Made by a program: the position numbers and the translations under genes | Shown: piece by piece, positions 1 to 12,563 of the stretch | How positions within the stretch are numbered: the first letter of the stretch is position 1 | How the letters are laid out: each line of letters begins with the position of its first letter | DNA from: Perkinsus olseni | Lineage: Eukaryota | Length of the DNA stretch: 46,140 nt | Assembly: GCA_013115125.1 (NCBI GenBank) | Contig: JABANN010000263.1 | Coordinates: 1 to 46,140, forward strand | Direction: 5' to 3' | The notes under the pieces: generated by a model | Databases searched by the model: none | What the model was told of the DNA's origin: nothing | What the model saw: the letters and a program-made list of their open reading frames with translations, nothing else

Positions 1-52
1 GGTTTTACTAATTTGCTCTGGGCTTTATTAAATTGCTCTGGGGTTTTACTAA
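1..52. repeat. Degenerate ~20-21 nt tandem repeat at the window edge
   Basis: ggttttactaatttgctctgg / gctttattaaattgctctgg / ggttttactaag read directly from the sequence. Confidence 0.6.
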
Positions 53-676
53 GTAGGTCTGGAAATGGTGTAGATTCCCTCCCGTTCTAATTTTAGCGTG
101 ACTCAACCAAATACTCAGGAGAGCACAAGTCTGATCGATAGTAGTATCTTCTCACCAAAAGATCATCATCATCATAACAACTACTCAGTTACAACTCTGG
201 GACGAGTTCAGACTACTGAGCATCTTCGTCGATCTTTTGGTCTGTCAGACGACGGCTGGAGCGACATAGAGTCCTACCCGTCCAAGAGCCTCATGTACAC
301 CATATGGTGCAGCACTGTACTCCTAGACGGAGAAGACAAAATGACCTAGAAACTCACGGCAGTCAGTCTACACACAATGAAAAGGAGGAGGAGCAGGAGC
401 AGTAACAGCATCGATAGTAACAGCAGATGTCTCCAGCGTGATAGTGATCACTTTGATGATGCAGAATCAACGAGGGAGACAACAGTATTAAAATAGTCCT
501 TCCGCTTGCACATGCGTGTAAGCAGGGACTTCATAAGGCAGCATAATAGCAGTGAAGAGCAGCATCTACCATTGTGAGTGGACACCCTCCAAGTAGCACC
601 ACGACCGTCGCGGTCGTCGCAGTAAGCGTCATGTCGATCTAAGAGTCGACAAGCACAGCCTTCGGGAGTTGCGGAG

Positions 677-1107
677 CTATAGGAGTTCCAACAGAGGCAG
701 TTGTACTGGTACTGTACAAGCGACTCCTCTCCCTAGCATAGCGCTTGCGACGCTTGACCCAGCTCTGGTTACGCGTACGGTTACGCTTCGGGGTAATGGC
801 GACATGTGGGCCAGCTGTACATCCCTCGGCGTACCCATTGGCATCGAGATGACGACCGCAGCAAAGGTAACTGCGCAGGCATGCACGTACCAGGTCCAGG
901 AGTTGTAGCCAGCACTACGTTCTGGTGAATTGGAGGTATCTTCCACCGGCAACCTCAAGGTCCTCTTCGTAACCTTGAGGATGGTAGGAACACTCGTTGT
1001 TAGTATTATTAGACAAACGAAAAATAGCACCGCAGCGATCCTGAAAAGGCTAGTTCCCTAATGACTGAGAAAACTGTCTGGTTACACATGGTCTTTCGCG
1101 TTGCCAT
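677..1107 (-). CDS. Hypothetical type II membrane protein, multi-exon; 3' exons unresolved
   Basis: Splicing gives MATRKTMIAAVLFFVCLIILTTSVPTILK (short basic N-terminus, then one hydrophobic anchor). Downstream exons could not be assembled confidently. Confidence 0.3.
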
Positions 1108-2151
1108 TCTTTTTCTAGGCAAGGCGATATCGCTGCGTTGATGCTACTATTGGTCACGCTGAGGGCGCGGAGACCACCCCAGCGACCAGTAGAACAGAAC
1201 CTAGGAGACAGAGCAATTCACCAGTTCTTCACAGTGGACGTCATGTTGTTATTACCCTCCGATCCTAGCGATGACTTCGCGGGGAAGCTCTAGTAGCGAC
1301 CCCTCAGGCCTGCGTATAGGATCTTTTATGGACATGTTGAATGGTACTTGGTTTAAAAGAAAAGGGGGTTTAGGTACAAGACCTGAACAGTAATGTAAAG
1401 GAGGCCGGTGAAGTCTCAGCGAGAACGAAATTGTCGGGGACTAGGAGAGGTCGCGGGTTCGAACCGCACACCTGTCATCCTTCTCACGCATGTTGAAGAA
1501 AATATCGCTCGCCCAGGGCTGGTCGTAGAAGGAATGGTGGTACTGGAAAGATAGAGTTCTACTGTCTATCTGATAGACAGTAGCCCATTAGTGAGCAACG
1601 CAGGCTGGTATTGCTGATTCCTCTGTCTGCAAGACATTCCGTCCACATCCCTAGTAAACCTCATGGGCGAGTCGCCGCACCAGACGTGTCAGAGCAAAGC
1701 CTCGCGCATCTTCGTGGGTTCGTCAAAACACGCACAACGTTATGGTCTGATGATTGGAGCAATCGGATTGGTCGCGGAGATCACACAGCTGCTTCACGCT
1801 GCAGAGATCCTCTCACGTTTGGTAGCCATAGGAATCCTTCAGTAGTCGGTACGCATGCACATGATAGAACGCTTGCTGCTGCCTTGATGGTGCGTGATAG
1901 GCATCTACCGAGGGAAAAGCGATTGCTTATCGCCTAGAGGAGCCAACCGCCTAGCAAGAGAGGAAGGAGCTGTTCGAGACCTGTCGGGGAAGACCCCCAA
2001 TTGGGAATGTCGCCTCAACTCTTTCCGACGGCCCGGCACGCACGCGCATCGGAAGCGTGACGCTGGTATGCCGCTTGTTGTGCACCACGGTTTGAAACAG
2101 TCCTGTATGAATCATACGCTCCAGCAGTTACAAAACGTACCTCTCACCCCC

Positions 2152-3080
2152 ATGCTGTTCACAAGCAACGTCGCCTACGCTGCGGCGATCCTCAGCGCCC
2201 TAACGCTTTCTTCAGCGTGTGCGGTAGGATACTCTTCGACGCGGACGGTCCAGCTAGCCCCTCGATCTTTTCAGAATGCGTGCCATAATGTTTGCCTGTG
2301 GATCGGTGGCTGCGGCGACGCTGGATCTCACTGCCAGAACTACTTGCCCCCGCCACACGCCTGCGAGGACCTGTACGTGGCTGCCGCACGCGTTCTCTCG
2401 GCAGCCGCAGTAACATCAGTTACATTGAGAAGACCAACGTTGACGGCGGCGCTACGATCTGCTCCGCTCGGTCAGGGCAGTGCTCTTCGACAAAGCACCC
2501 ACTCAAATGCCTGGACATATCTCCTTGTAGGTCACGGTCAGTAGTGATATCAGAATACATGCGCTCTTCAGTTGACCCGGAAACGCCTCCTAAGTACCCT
2601 CTTAAGGCCAAGAGTGTCTTGGAGCCTCACGACAGTGGGTCACCGCGCCGCGGCGCAAGGATAGCCCGCGGTACGTTCCACTACACTCAGCACGGTCCGC
2701 AGAACACCACCATCACCTACGAGATCACCGGTCTCGACCCTCACTCTAGTCATGCCATCTACGTTCACGAGACCGCCCGGTTCACCCCGAACGGATGCAA
2801 CTCAGCTGGATGGCATTACAACCCCTACCAGTACCAGCACGGCGGCCCGGATGACGATATTAGACACCTCGGTACCCTGGGTAACGCCGTCGCTGATGCC
2901 TCGGGTGTCGCTAAAGGTTCGCTCACCAGCAAGATCATCAAGCTCGAGGGAGCATTCTCGGTGTTGCATCGCTCAACCATGGTGCACGCTTACCCGGACG
3001 ACTTTCGGAATGAGAGAAGTTCGGGCGCTCGTCTGGCTTGCGGCAAGATTCTACCCGAGCGAGGGAAAATTGCGGAGTAG
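2152..3080 (+). CDS. Secreted 8-Cys domain fused to a Cu/Zn superoxide dismutase-like domain (3 exons: 2152-2372, 2420-2526, 2572-3080)
   Basis: Signal peptide MLFTSNVAYAAAILSALTLSSACA; 8-Cys module CHNVCLWIGGCGDAGSHC...CEDLY...C...C...PLKC; SOD motifs HAIYVHE, GCNSAGWHYNP, HGGPDDDIRHLGTLGN, VHAYPDD, GARLACGKI. Two GT-AG introns restore one frame. Confidence 0.9.
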
Positions 3081-3626
3081 AGTTTTTCTATTTTCGTCTG
3101 GAACATAATTTATCAGTAGTCCTGGATTATCCAGTCTCAATGAGATATCATAGGCTATTTCCCAAGCCGGTCATATTACTGGACAGTTTCAGTCAGGGTC
3201 TCTTGCGTCGAGTAACGCGAAGAGATCCCGAATGCGGTTCATCGTAGGGGTGGTATAGAGGGGGGTGTGACCGTGGCACTGTCGTAAGAGGTATCATGCT
3301 GGATGTAGCAAACCTCACGATGATCCTGGACGGCCCCGAAGCCGCTTCAAGGTACAGCTTCAAGGGGTATGTTGTTGATCATCAATCAGCGAAGCGAGGG
3401 TCATTCACATTCGACGACGCATCCCCTCACTAGCTCGCAATCCCCGTGGTCGAGCAAGTATCCGTGGGGGGCTCGCACCGACCGACCCCACGCCACACGC
3501 GTACAGGTTGACCGGTAGACGGCCAATTCCATCTCCGTCAAGTCTCAGTCGAACTGCGTTGTCTTCAACACTGCTCCTTGCCCTCAAGAAACAGTTGTCG
3601 AATAGTTCATCATATACAAAGGGTTG

Positions 3627-5564
3627 CTATACAGAGTTTGCCGCAGACGTGAATTGGTTCTGAGGATCGGGTCTTCCACCTGAGCAGGTAGAGTCGAGGA
3701 GGGCCGCTGATGATTCCCTGCGGAACCTACTTGAATCTTGCTCTGGGCTGGTTTCGGATGCCTCGCCGCCGACCTCCTCATCTAGGAAGTTAACGAACTT
3801 GTCCGCAAGCGAGGAGTTCCTTGACAACTCCAGTCCCTATGTTGCGGATGTATTACGATCGCCCTATACCACACCATTCCCTACCAATGGGCTGCTAGCT
3901 GACTGACGCCGTACAGGCAAGCCACACTGCTGCTTCACGTCGTCTGGCAGCCGTACGACTTCTGCCATCACCGACAAGGCATCCGCCCGCACCGCCACGC
4001 TGAGGAAACCCAGCACGTCACTCTTGTTGGCCGATCTACAAGCCTTCTGCCACCAACTCACTTGTCGATATTCAGAGCCACGCGGACCAGCATTTGCCGC
4101 AGTATGCCCGCATCAACTCTATCCTCATCGTCTAGCTTCTCAGACAGCTCGGCACGATCGGCGACCACTTTCGCGAGCATCAGCCTAACCCGCCGCACGA
4201 TACCGGGAGAGTCACGAACTGCGTTATCGTACTTGTGTTTTTCCAGATCATCTTCCGCAGTTTCAGCGCTCTCCCGTGCACTTTTAGCTCGTTGTTCGGC
4301 AGCCTTCATTGCCTGAATGAATCTTATCACCCTTTCGGCGGGTGGTGATGTCGAGGCTACCTCATCGTGCTGTTGGTGGAGCTCTTCCAGTTGCTTCTTC
4401 AGTTTTAAATTCTCTGCATTCGTCCGGCTCAATTCTTGTGTCATGCGTGCTCTCTCTGAAGATCGCAACTCATCACCGTAAAAATGACGACGATTTTACT
4501 CACCTATTTCGTGCCGCTCTGTTTCCTCCTCAACGGCTCTCATCAATTCAGCAACCTGCCACCTACATAACTCAACCAGGCGGAGCTGAAAAATGTCCTT
4601 ACGGCCTGGTCCTGCTCCGGGCCTGAAGCCTCGCTCACAGAGGAGGCCGAGGCCACCATATCGCTGAGGGTCTGCACTGTCGTTTGAAGCCGCGTCAATA
4701 GAGGGCCCTTGGAAGGGACTGTATCCCGGGGTAACTAAGCAGTCGCAGTAGCGTCTGGCAGACGGGATCATAGTCGACTGAATAGATGTGCTTTCATACC
4801 TCACCCTTGCAATGCAGTGATGGAGCAAGCAGGCCCGCCGCTGAGGCACCGAACGATCCCAGTACTTACACTTTTCGACACGTCTACGAGAGTTCTATTT
4901 GCCGCTTTGGCCTGCTTAAGGATCTTCGCGATCGAAGCACGACCACTGGGATTATCGGAAGATGATGCCAAGACCTGAGAACAGGTAGTCCAGACGACCA
5001 GCAGAGAGGCAGTTGAGAGTGATGACAGGTAGGTGGTCGGCAGCCAACGCACGTACTTCGATGAGCTCGTCCATGCCGGGTGGTAGCTGCTGTGTGGGCT
5101 GCGCTGGTGGGAAGCCACCCAAGTGGATTGGACTCGATCCAACAGACGCTGGCCGATCTGTTCCTGATAACGAGGTGATACCACGCATCAGCAGGCACCC
5201 CACGTACCAGTCATCGCATGAACTGGAGAAGCACCCTCGTTTACAGCACCAGCAGGGGGCGGAGGGGGCGGTGGTGGCGGCGGCGGCGGTGGAGGTTCAT
5301 CACCAGCCTCGCTCTCCGGATCCGGCACGTCTTCTGAGCCGTGGAATTCAGCGGCTTACAAAGCTTCATTCCGGCCATACCTTTATCAACAACAACTGTC
5401 TCCGCTGTGGGATCCTTGTCTCGCGTCGTCTGCGATCGGACGGACGGAGACTCCCTGTCACTCTCTCCCTCCTCTTCCTCCTCTTCGTCTTCTAGCGCGT
5501 CCCTCAGCTCGCCCATCGCTTGGTCGGCCAACTCTCGAGCCCGCCCACTCAATCTACTAAGCAT
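3627..5564 (-). CDS. Coiled-coil golgin with C-terminal GRAB-like domain (GMAP-210/Rud3 type), multi-exon
   Basis: Acidic N-terminus, coiled coil (ELSRTNAENLKLKKQLEELHQQ), then VDAGILRQMLVRV...ALSVMAEVVRLPDDVKQQCGL and SLADKFVNFLDEE, resembling the GRAB and GA1 motifs. Confidence 0.65.
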
Positions 5565-6187
5565 TATAAAACAATCGAATCGGGAGGGAGGAACTGCAAG
5601 AAGCCACTGGCGAAAGGCCGGAAAACTAACACCGCTTCACCGTACGCATCGCACCGAGCGCGATCAGGCATCGTGTTGCTGTCGGGAAGGGTGGGTATTA
5701 ACTCCTCTTCACACAAGAGGTGATTCAAAACTGAGAGCTGTCAAATGGCGGGTAAGGGACGCAGCGATCCACTGCTGATAGATGCACCTCCTCGGTCAAA
5801 AATAGCCCTACTAGGGACACTCACCACGCGTGTCTATCAACGTCCGTGATGATCTCGAGCTCCCCAACACGGATGAATGAGTTACTACCAATCGTGTCCA
5901 ACGGAGAACCGTGCGGCATAACATTTACTCGAGAGCGCGCGAATGAGGAGAAAGTGGTTGCTTCGGCGACCAGAGGCATTCTGGAAACCATCACACTATT
6001 CTTCCTACCGGCCAATCGAACCAACTAGGCCGAGATCCGTTGGCCTGGGTGCAGGTTTCCCACGTTGAATCCCTGAGCGTTGGAAACTCACTAAGACCAT
6101 CCCACTAGGTTGGCAACTCGATTCGACAGGGGAGATGGTAGCAGCGATGAGGCATTATTCATTGGCATGCTACACGAAGAACTTCTC

Positions 6188-7579
6188 TCAAAGATATGAC
6201 CGGATCTGAGCAGCTGAGAGCATCCGCTCTGCTGCTACAGCGACGCCGTCACTGCACCTTGTGGATGCCATATGCGGAGAGGCAGGCAGTCATCAGCCAC
6301 AGGAGGCTCTCGAGGACGATGACGAAGATCCAATACCCACCACTGCGGCAGGAGGTGGCTCGAAGCGACGAACAAGGCGGCCCGACTACATGTTGTTGTC
6401 ATTGTAGCGCACAGGTATAAGGAAGCCATTGAAGCTCGAGCACGGTAGAAGGACCATGAGGCCCATCAGAGCCTGAGGCTAGATACAGAGAGGGTGAACG
6501 AGGAAGGAACCCACTGTAAGGCATCCGTGTAGTGTAGTAAAGCGAGCAATGTGGAAGCTAGAGCTCAGCGCCAGGCCTTTGTAGGCCTGACAGCTCAGTG
6601 ATGGCATGCCGTAACCGAAGTCACTCACTTGATATATCGAGAAGCATGCTAGAGATCCGATGAGGATGACGTTGAGAAGCGAATAGAGAACACGTACCTA
6701 GAGTTAAGATGCTGAAGAACGCACAAGATGAAGAGCAGCAGCAGCAGCGTGCTTCACTCCTTCAGCGTGGGGCTCCTTGATTGCCACTATGATGACTGAG
6801 TTGATGAAGTTGACCGTCAGTAGTGTGATGGTAGCAGTGAATACCCACAGGGTCGGCCGTAGGGCTGCAGCTGCCTGAGAAAGATGTCACTCGGACGTAC
6901 ACGAAGACGCCCTTCCTTGTACTGTATTTGGACACAGTCCATGCAGAAGATACGCGACATATTCAAGTACTCAGTGGACGAGCTACCCCGTATGTCGCGG
7001 ATAGGAGCAGGCAATGTATGCAAAGTGCCGCTGGTGACAGAACACGATGAGGTCATTCGGTGAGGAAAAGACGGCACAACGCCGAGGGGCCTTTGCCAGC
7101 ATGCCAGGATCCGTCATGGCATCTCCATGATCTCTAACCTGGGCCACCGTTGCATTCACGCGAATGGCGAGGCAATATAATTATCTCTACGCTGTACTAT
7201 CTCTGACCACAATAAGCACATCGGACACCTCACATTCCTCGGCAATTCCGTCAGATCAAAGTGCACCAGGTTGAGGCCTGGAGGGAAGTTCAAGTGCGAC
7301 CATCTGATCGCTCCAGGCTGCTCCGGCGAGAACGACGAAGCCGCTCGGGAGTAGATAGAACTGCTGGCATCGGTGAGCTCGATACCGATCTGACAGGCAT
7401 TGACATGACGGAGTGGGAAGATCGCGAATCAGGATTCAACCGTAGTGATGAGCTCTGACAGTAAACGAAAACCCCTTGGTCGTTCACGGCGAGAAAGATC
7501 ATCAATTACGCGAATATGAGCAGTGATATACCTGCTTAGCTGCAACACCCGCAGCGACCCTTGTCGAGGAGCCCTTCAT
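6188..7579 (-). CDS. SCAMP-like multi-pass membrane protein, paralog B, multi-exon
   Basis: Exons IRWSHLNFPPGLNLVHFDLTELP, WVFTATITLLTVNFINSVIIVAIK, VLYSLLNVILIGSLACFSISK, AYKGLA, LMVLLPCSSFNGFL, YWIFVIVLESLLWLMTACLSAYGIHK, IRSYL*; colinear with paralog A. Start codon tentative. Confidence 0.6.
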
Positions 7580-8022
7580 TACAGCAGACAGAATAGAGCT
7601 GATGACACTCGGTGAGAACGACGTTAACAACGGAGTGCCAGGAGACAGTCAAACCAGACGATCATCGGTAATAGCGCTGAGCCAGCGGCCCCAGAGCGTT
7701 CGATCGAGAACCGTAAGTAGAGTAAGAGCCAACTGAACTCGACATCGCATTGGGACTAGGGTTGTAATAGCAGTACCATCCATGCATATAATCATCGAGC
7801 TCGACGAAGCCTGCACTACAGAGCATCTAGGAGGCTATCTGGGATGCGTGATACAGAGCTACGGAATGGCGATGGGGAAAAGGACGATGACGGCAAAAGG
7901 AAAAGCGCTGCCCAGGCCAACTAGTGTTGATAGGCCAGCAGTCGCGAGGTCGATAGTAGGGAGAAATGGTGCATATTAGAGTGGGTAGAAATAGCTCAGT
8001 CAGGTTCCGTCGGGGAATCGCG

Positions 8023-9261
8023 TTAGACGTCGGGTTGCATCAGATTCTTTATCTACAAAAACAATCTTTGGAGTTGTCTGCGGCACGGACCAACCTTGGA
8101 TGTCACATAGAAGGATAGGATGACATTAATCGACCATCCAACGCTTTCAATCATAGCCGACACGAACCAGAAGCCATGCCTGACGAGCCAACCGATGGTA
8201 ATGCCGTTACTACACAGGTCCGCGTACGTTTCTCTGCGGAGCATGGCATCACTGAGGAACCCCTCAATGCTACCACACGGAACAGTGGCAAAGCAAACCA
8301 TAACTATCTGAACGAACAGCAGCACACAATCACACGAGGTGAAAACCTATCAAGCCGGAGACGGGGCGCGAAAGCGGGGCGAGTGAGAGGCGAAACTTCG
8401 TGAGAAAAGCACGCCGGTTGGAGGACTCACCGTCAAGAGTGTTTGTGCGAATCTGAATGCATCCAGATCGGCAGTTGCCCCCTCAGCCAGGCCTTTCATC
8501 CCCTACAGCAGAAAATTTTAGATACCAGGAATTCCGTGCAATGCAGCACTCACCTTGTAGAAGCCATAAAATCCAAGAGCGCCGAATATAACGGCATTAA
8601 GAACAGCGTATAACAGGCGGACCTGCAGACAAGCGTGCGACTTCAATTTCGTAAACACCCTCTCATAAAGCATCGGAGGACTACTGTCGCGTTGCGACTG
8701 TGCAATATTACGCAAGCGGATAACGCTATTGAAATACACTACGCGTGCAGTTCACGAGTAAATCTTCAGAGAGATACTGCGTATTTTCTAATTGGAAAAA
8801 TAGTGAAACTCCGCCCTCCCTCCCCCCCAATGACCTTCTCAGCCGCTTCATACAGGGCAACCACTGCCACGGTATCCGCTATGTTGAGCGCGAGAAGAGC
8901 AAACGTGAGTTTCAGCGATAAGTGCAGCAATCTGCCCGCGCTATGTATCTGCCAAGAGCCATCAAAGGAGATGGCCAACTTAACGTAGTGTACCTCGCCC
9001 TGAGGTAGATCTTGCATATCAAAATGTATTATATTAAGAAGCGGAGGGTAGTTGAAGTCAGACCAGTCGATAGAGCGTGTTGGTACTTCTATTGCATCGC
9101 TAATGCTCGCTGTGGTGGACGAAGAGCTAGCGCTGTTCAACCGATCAAGACGTAACATCTCCAATCCCTCCTGAGGCAAAGACCGTCACCTGTGCGTATC
9201 GGTTGTTTTCCCATCTCACCAGGTCGAACTCATCGGAGCCTTTCTTGCATACAGCAGCCAT
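8023..9261 (-). CDS. SCAMP-like multi-pass membrane protein, paralog A, multi-exon
   Basis: IDWSDFNYPPLLNIIHFDMQDLP resembles the SCAMP N(W/Y)PP..IIH.D motif; hydrophobic exons follow (LTFALLALNIADTVAVV, LLYAVLNAVIFGALGFYGFYK, FVQIVMVCFATVPCGSIEGFL, FWFVSAMIESVGWSINVILSFYVTSK). Confidence 0.65.
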
Positions 9262-10139
9262 TAATGTTCGTCACTATCGGAAAAGCACCAAACAAAACAA
9301 ACGACAAGCTGTTGCGATATTACGATATCCGTTTCCATCGAAGTATCTCTACGCAAGCGTTACGCCGCTTCCCCGGGAAACCGAACCATGTATAGTGCCT
9401 TCCATGGTAACGCGAGAGATGGCCCATCCACGCCCAACGATACCCCGCGGAATTATGGATGGATGAGTCACTTGTCAGGCTACTGTCTCCCAGCCCACAA
9501 ACGCAATAGAACACGCAATCGAAACGGATGGTTCCTGCTAAGACATGCTCGTTCTCTCAACGACAGCTTGACCGGAAACAAAAGCGCGCGAGGAAGGGCG
9601 TGCGCGCCCGAAGATACGAGGCGCGCTCTTTAATTAAGGGCGGGCGAGATATTACAGCGTGAAGCGGTCGCGATTCCGAGCATCTGCGCGAGATTAGGCG
9701 CTGCTTCGTGCTAGCCCAACGACACGTGAGACGGAGCGTAACACTGAGGTTCACTGGTGACTGTGGACACTGCCTTCATTCTTCTGTTGATCTGCACTGT
9801 GTGGATGACCACAGGTGCTCTCCTCTGGTTATGCGACCGCTCGTCTGTCGGGGTCTCAGTAGGAAGTCGGTCTTCTCATGCCAACGTCAACTCTCTTGCA
9901 CTATCTGTCACGGTAAAGTCCTCAACTCTTGCTGCTCACCTAGTGGTATTATATGAGTCCATGATTTCTGGTCAAGTTTCTGGAGAATTAGTTTTCGAGT
10001 TGTCCCGGGCAACTTGCCCGCCTCTGCGACCAATGGGGAGACCTGACTTACTCCGGCACTCAGAGTGACTCTCGATGCTGATGGTCGATCTTTCAGTATA
10101 ATAATTATCTTATAATTATCCCTTGCAAAGGAAACGAGC

Positions 10140-10890
10140 ATGACCCTTACCCGTTGGCTCAGTACACTGGTATACTACATCGTCCTGGTCGATCCGGGCG
10201 TTCAAGCTACCGAGTTGACCCATGGGGCAAGCCTGAGGTGAATAGAATTACCACCCTGGCACAATGATCATTCTTCTTGTTCTCAGAGGCACAGTTCCGA
10301 GCATGGACACCTCCAAGCGAACCCTATTTGAGGAACCTACTGACGAAACAGGTGTGGTCGAAGAGAAAAGCGAAGTAACAGAATCGGCTGAGGAGAGTGG
10401 TGACGAACCGGCGGAAGAAACAAGCGAAGAAACTGGATCGGATGAGGACATCCCGAAGTAAGAAACTACAAAACGTCTCACGAGACTTACTGTCATTTTC
10501 CTCAGAATCAGCGGGGGTGACGCCACTGCTATTATTATTTTATTCGTTGTGAACGGCGTCCTCTCCTGCTGTATAGCATGCTTCTGCTGCCGTTGTTGCT
10601 TCCACTGCTTCCGATGGTGAGTCCCTCGTCGCATGTCGTCACCGCTTCACAGTCTCTCTTTCAGGATCGGTAAGATGATATGCGTCGGTGTGTCCAAGAA
10701 GTCTCGACAAGCCTGGCTTGAGGAACAACTGCTGCAACTTCCGCCGATCTCAAAGGACGGCTCTTCCCCCACAGTGGAATCTACGATCGATGATGACATT
10801 GAAATTGAACTTGATGACGATGACGATGATGTTGTTTATGAAAAAAACGAGAAGGTTGAAGATGAATTACCTGTCACCCTCTCGGCATAA
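10140..10890 (+). CDS. Type I membrane protein with acidic ectodomain, Cys-rich juxtamembrane segment and acidic tail (about 4 exons)
   Basis: Signal-like MTLTRWLSTLVYYIVLVDPGVQA; EEPTDETGVVEEKSEVTESAEESGDE; TM AIIILFVVNGVLSCCIACFCCRCCFHCFRW; tail DDDIEIELDDDDDD...LPVTLSA*. Confidence 0.6.
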
Positions 10891-10945
10891 AAAAAGAGAA
10901 GGTTGAAGCGGAATTGCCCGTCTCCCTCTCGGCATGAAAAAAACG
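10840..10945 (+). repeat. 47-bp tandem duplication of the final codons and stop of the preceding gene
   Basis: gagaaggttgaagatgaattacctgtcaccctctcggcataa versus gagaaggttgaagcggaattgcccgtctccctctcggcatga. Confidence 0.85.
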
Positions 10946-12563
10946 CGCTTGATCATTTGTTGTTCGCTTTACACGTATACGTACAATGGGATGATGTTGA
11001 GTTCTTTATTGAGTCACAGGGGATGAGCTCATGCCAACTCGATGAGTAGGAATTCTCTCACGCAAGCTATTCTATTTGCTAGTTTGTAGTTAAATACTTT
11101 ACCACTAAGAATCGTACGAAAGGTAATTCGTCATCAAGGATTGATTAGAAAGCGCTAAAGGTCAACTCTCTCTGACTAACACCCCTGTATCCCAAACTAC
11201 CTCCTCCGGCTCGGTCCTCCGGTAATTCTCCGACTGCTGGCGAGATTTAGCCCTTTATCATCGATCACGAATCGTGATTCACGATACCATCGCATACACG
11301 CCTGCAAGCTTGCCACTCCCACGGACCTTCACCAAGCTGCCTGGAAAACGTTGAGAAGCATACAAAGGCCAGAGGAGCCAACCGATCGAATAATTCCGAA
11401 GATAGTTGGGGGCATACAGGGAGATTCTTGCGGAGCGAAGTCAGTGAACCGGGGCGAACCCAAACGCAGTATGTGGCCCGTCGGGTCGCCAAGATGAGCG
11501 ACGACGCAACCCCGAGTCGTTGAACGGACCAATGAGTGCAGCAGACTCCGCTGGCTGTTATGGTCTTCTGACCCACGCTTCACAGGCCCCAGGACAGAGT
11601 CAGCATAAGGCTTGTCAATGTCATTGACTTTTATTGACTCAATGGAAGTTGAGCAAGGGCACATTATACTGCTCAAGCATCGACATTCTACGACCAGTGA
11701 CAGTCGAATCAGTGAAGTATAGCATTACTCTGAAAGAGGCTGGAGAATCGAGCCGAATCGCTAGCCGCCGTCGTCGAGGATTCTACGTTCATAAGATCGG
11801 CCCGGTGCCTCATTCTTTGGCGTAGGCCGGTTTCAATCCAACCGCCTTCGCAGTTAGAACATGTATTCTTTCCTCGTTTCTGCAACATTTCTAGGATTGT
11901 TAAACAATCATCCTTTACTGGAAACGTTCGTTGAACGCAAGTAAGATTCGATTAAAAACGTCTTCGTCTTCTCGACTCGATCCGCTGCTCGTCAAGTTGC
12001 GCAGATAGCTTCGCGCGCCCAACAATGAACAAATTGTTCAGGTCAATCGAAGAGTCGGTCCGCAAGTGGGAAAACGACCATAACAGTCTGTCTAATATGA
12101 AGTTGAATGACCATTGGAGCAACAATACTTCTCAAAGTTGATTTCCCGAAGCGAATCCATCGGGCGAGCCAGGATCGGCCTGCGGCTCACTGTTGCCCTA
12201 CGAGCCACAGGCTACGACAGCAGCTGCCGATACTGTCGCTACTACGGCTAACCCATCGGAAGGAACCGCTGGTGGGTATTCCGCTGCGAGCTGGACGCTG
12301 GCGAGACGACCCGATACATCAGCGGAAGAGGAAATTCCAGACAACGCAAAACGGCTCAACCACAGCATCATCGTCATCATCGTCACTGCATAAATCGTAT
12401 GTGCTTGCAAAGGACGTCAATGATAATAATCACGGCGTATATCGCCATTACTAGGATACGGGAGGCGCCCAGCTTCAGGCACAATACTATGGAGGGTAAA
12501 CAAGTGCTTGACAGTCATTCAATGGTACCGAATATTAACATCAGGAAATACGTCGTCAACTTA

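Noticed and set aside
1448-1480. tRNA-like T arm / B-box (aggtcgcgggttcgaaccgc)
   Set aside because: No matching acceptor stem, D arm or anticodon arm upstream; at most a decayed fragment.
11895-12040. 7-bp palindromes with a 1-nt spacer (11895-11909, 12026-12040; also 42952-42966)
   Set aside because: About three are expected by chance in 46 kb.
11265-12454. Short ORFs on both strands between the type I membrane gene and the NRPS-like gene
   Set aside because: No consistent exon chain or recognisable motif could be built.
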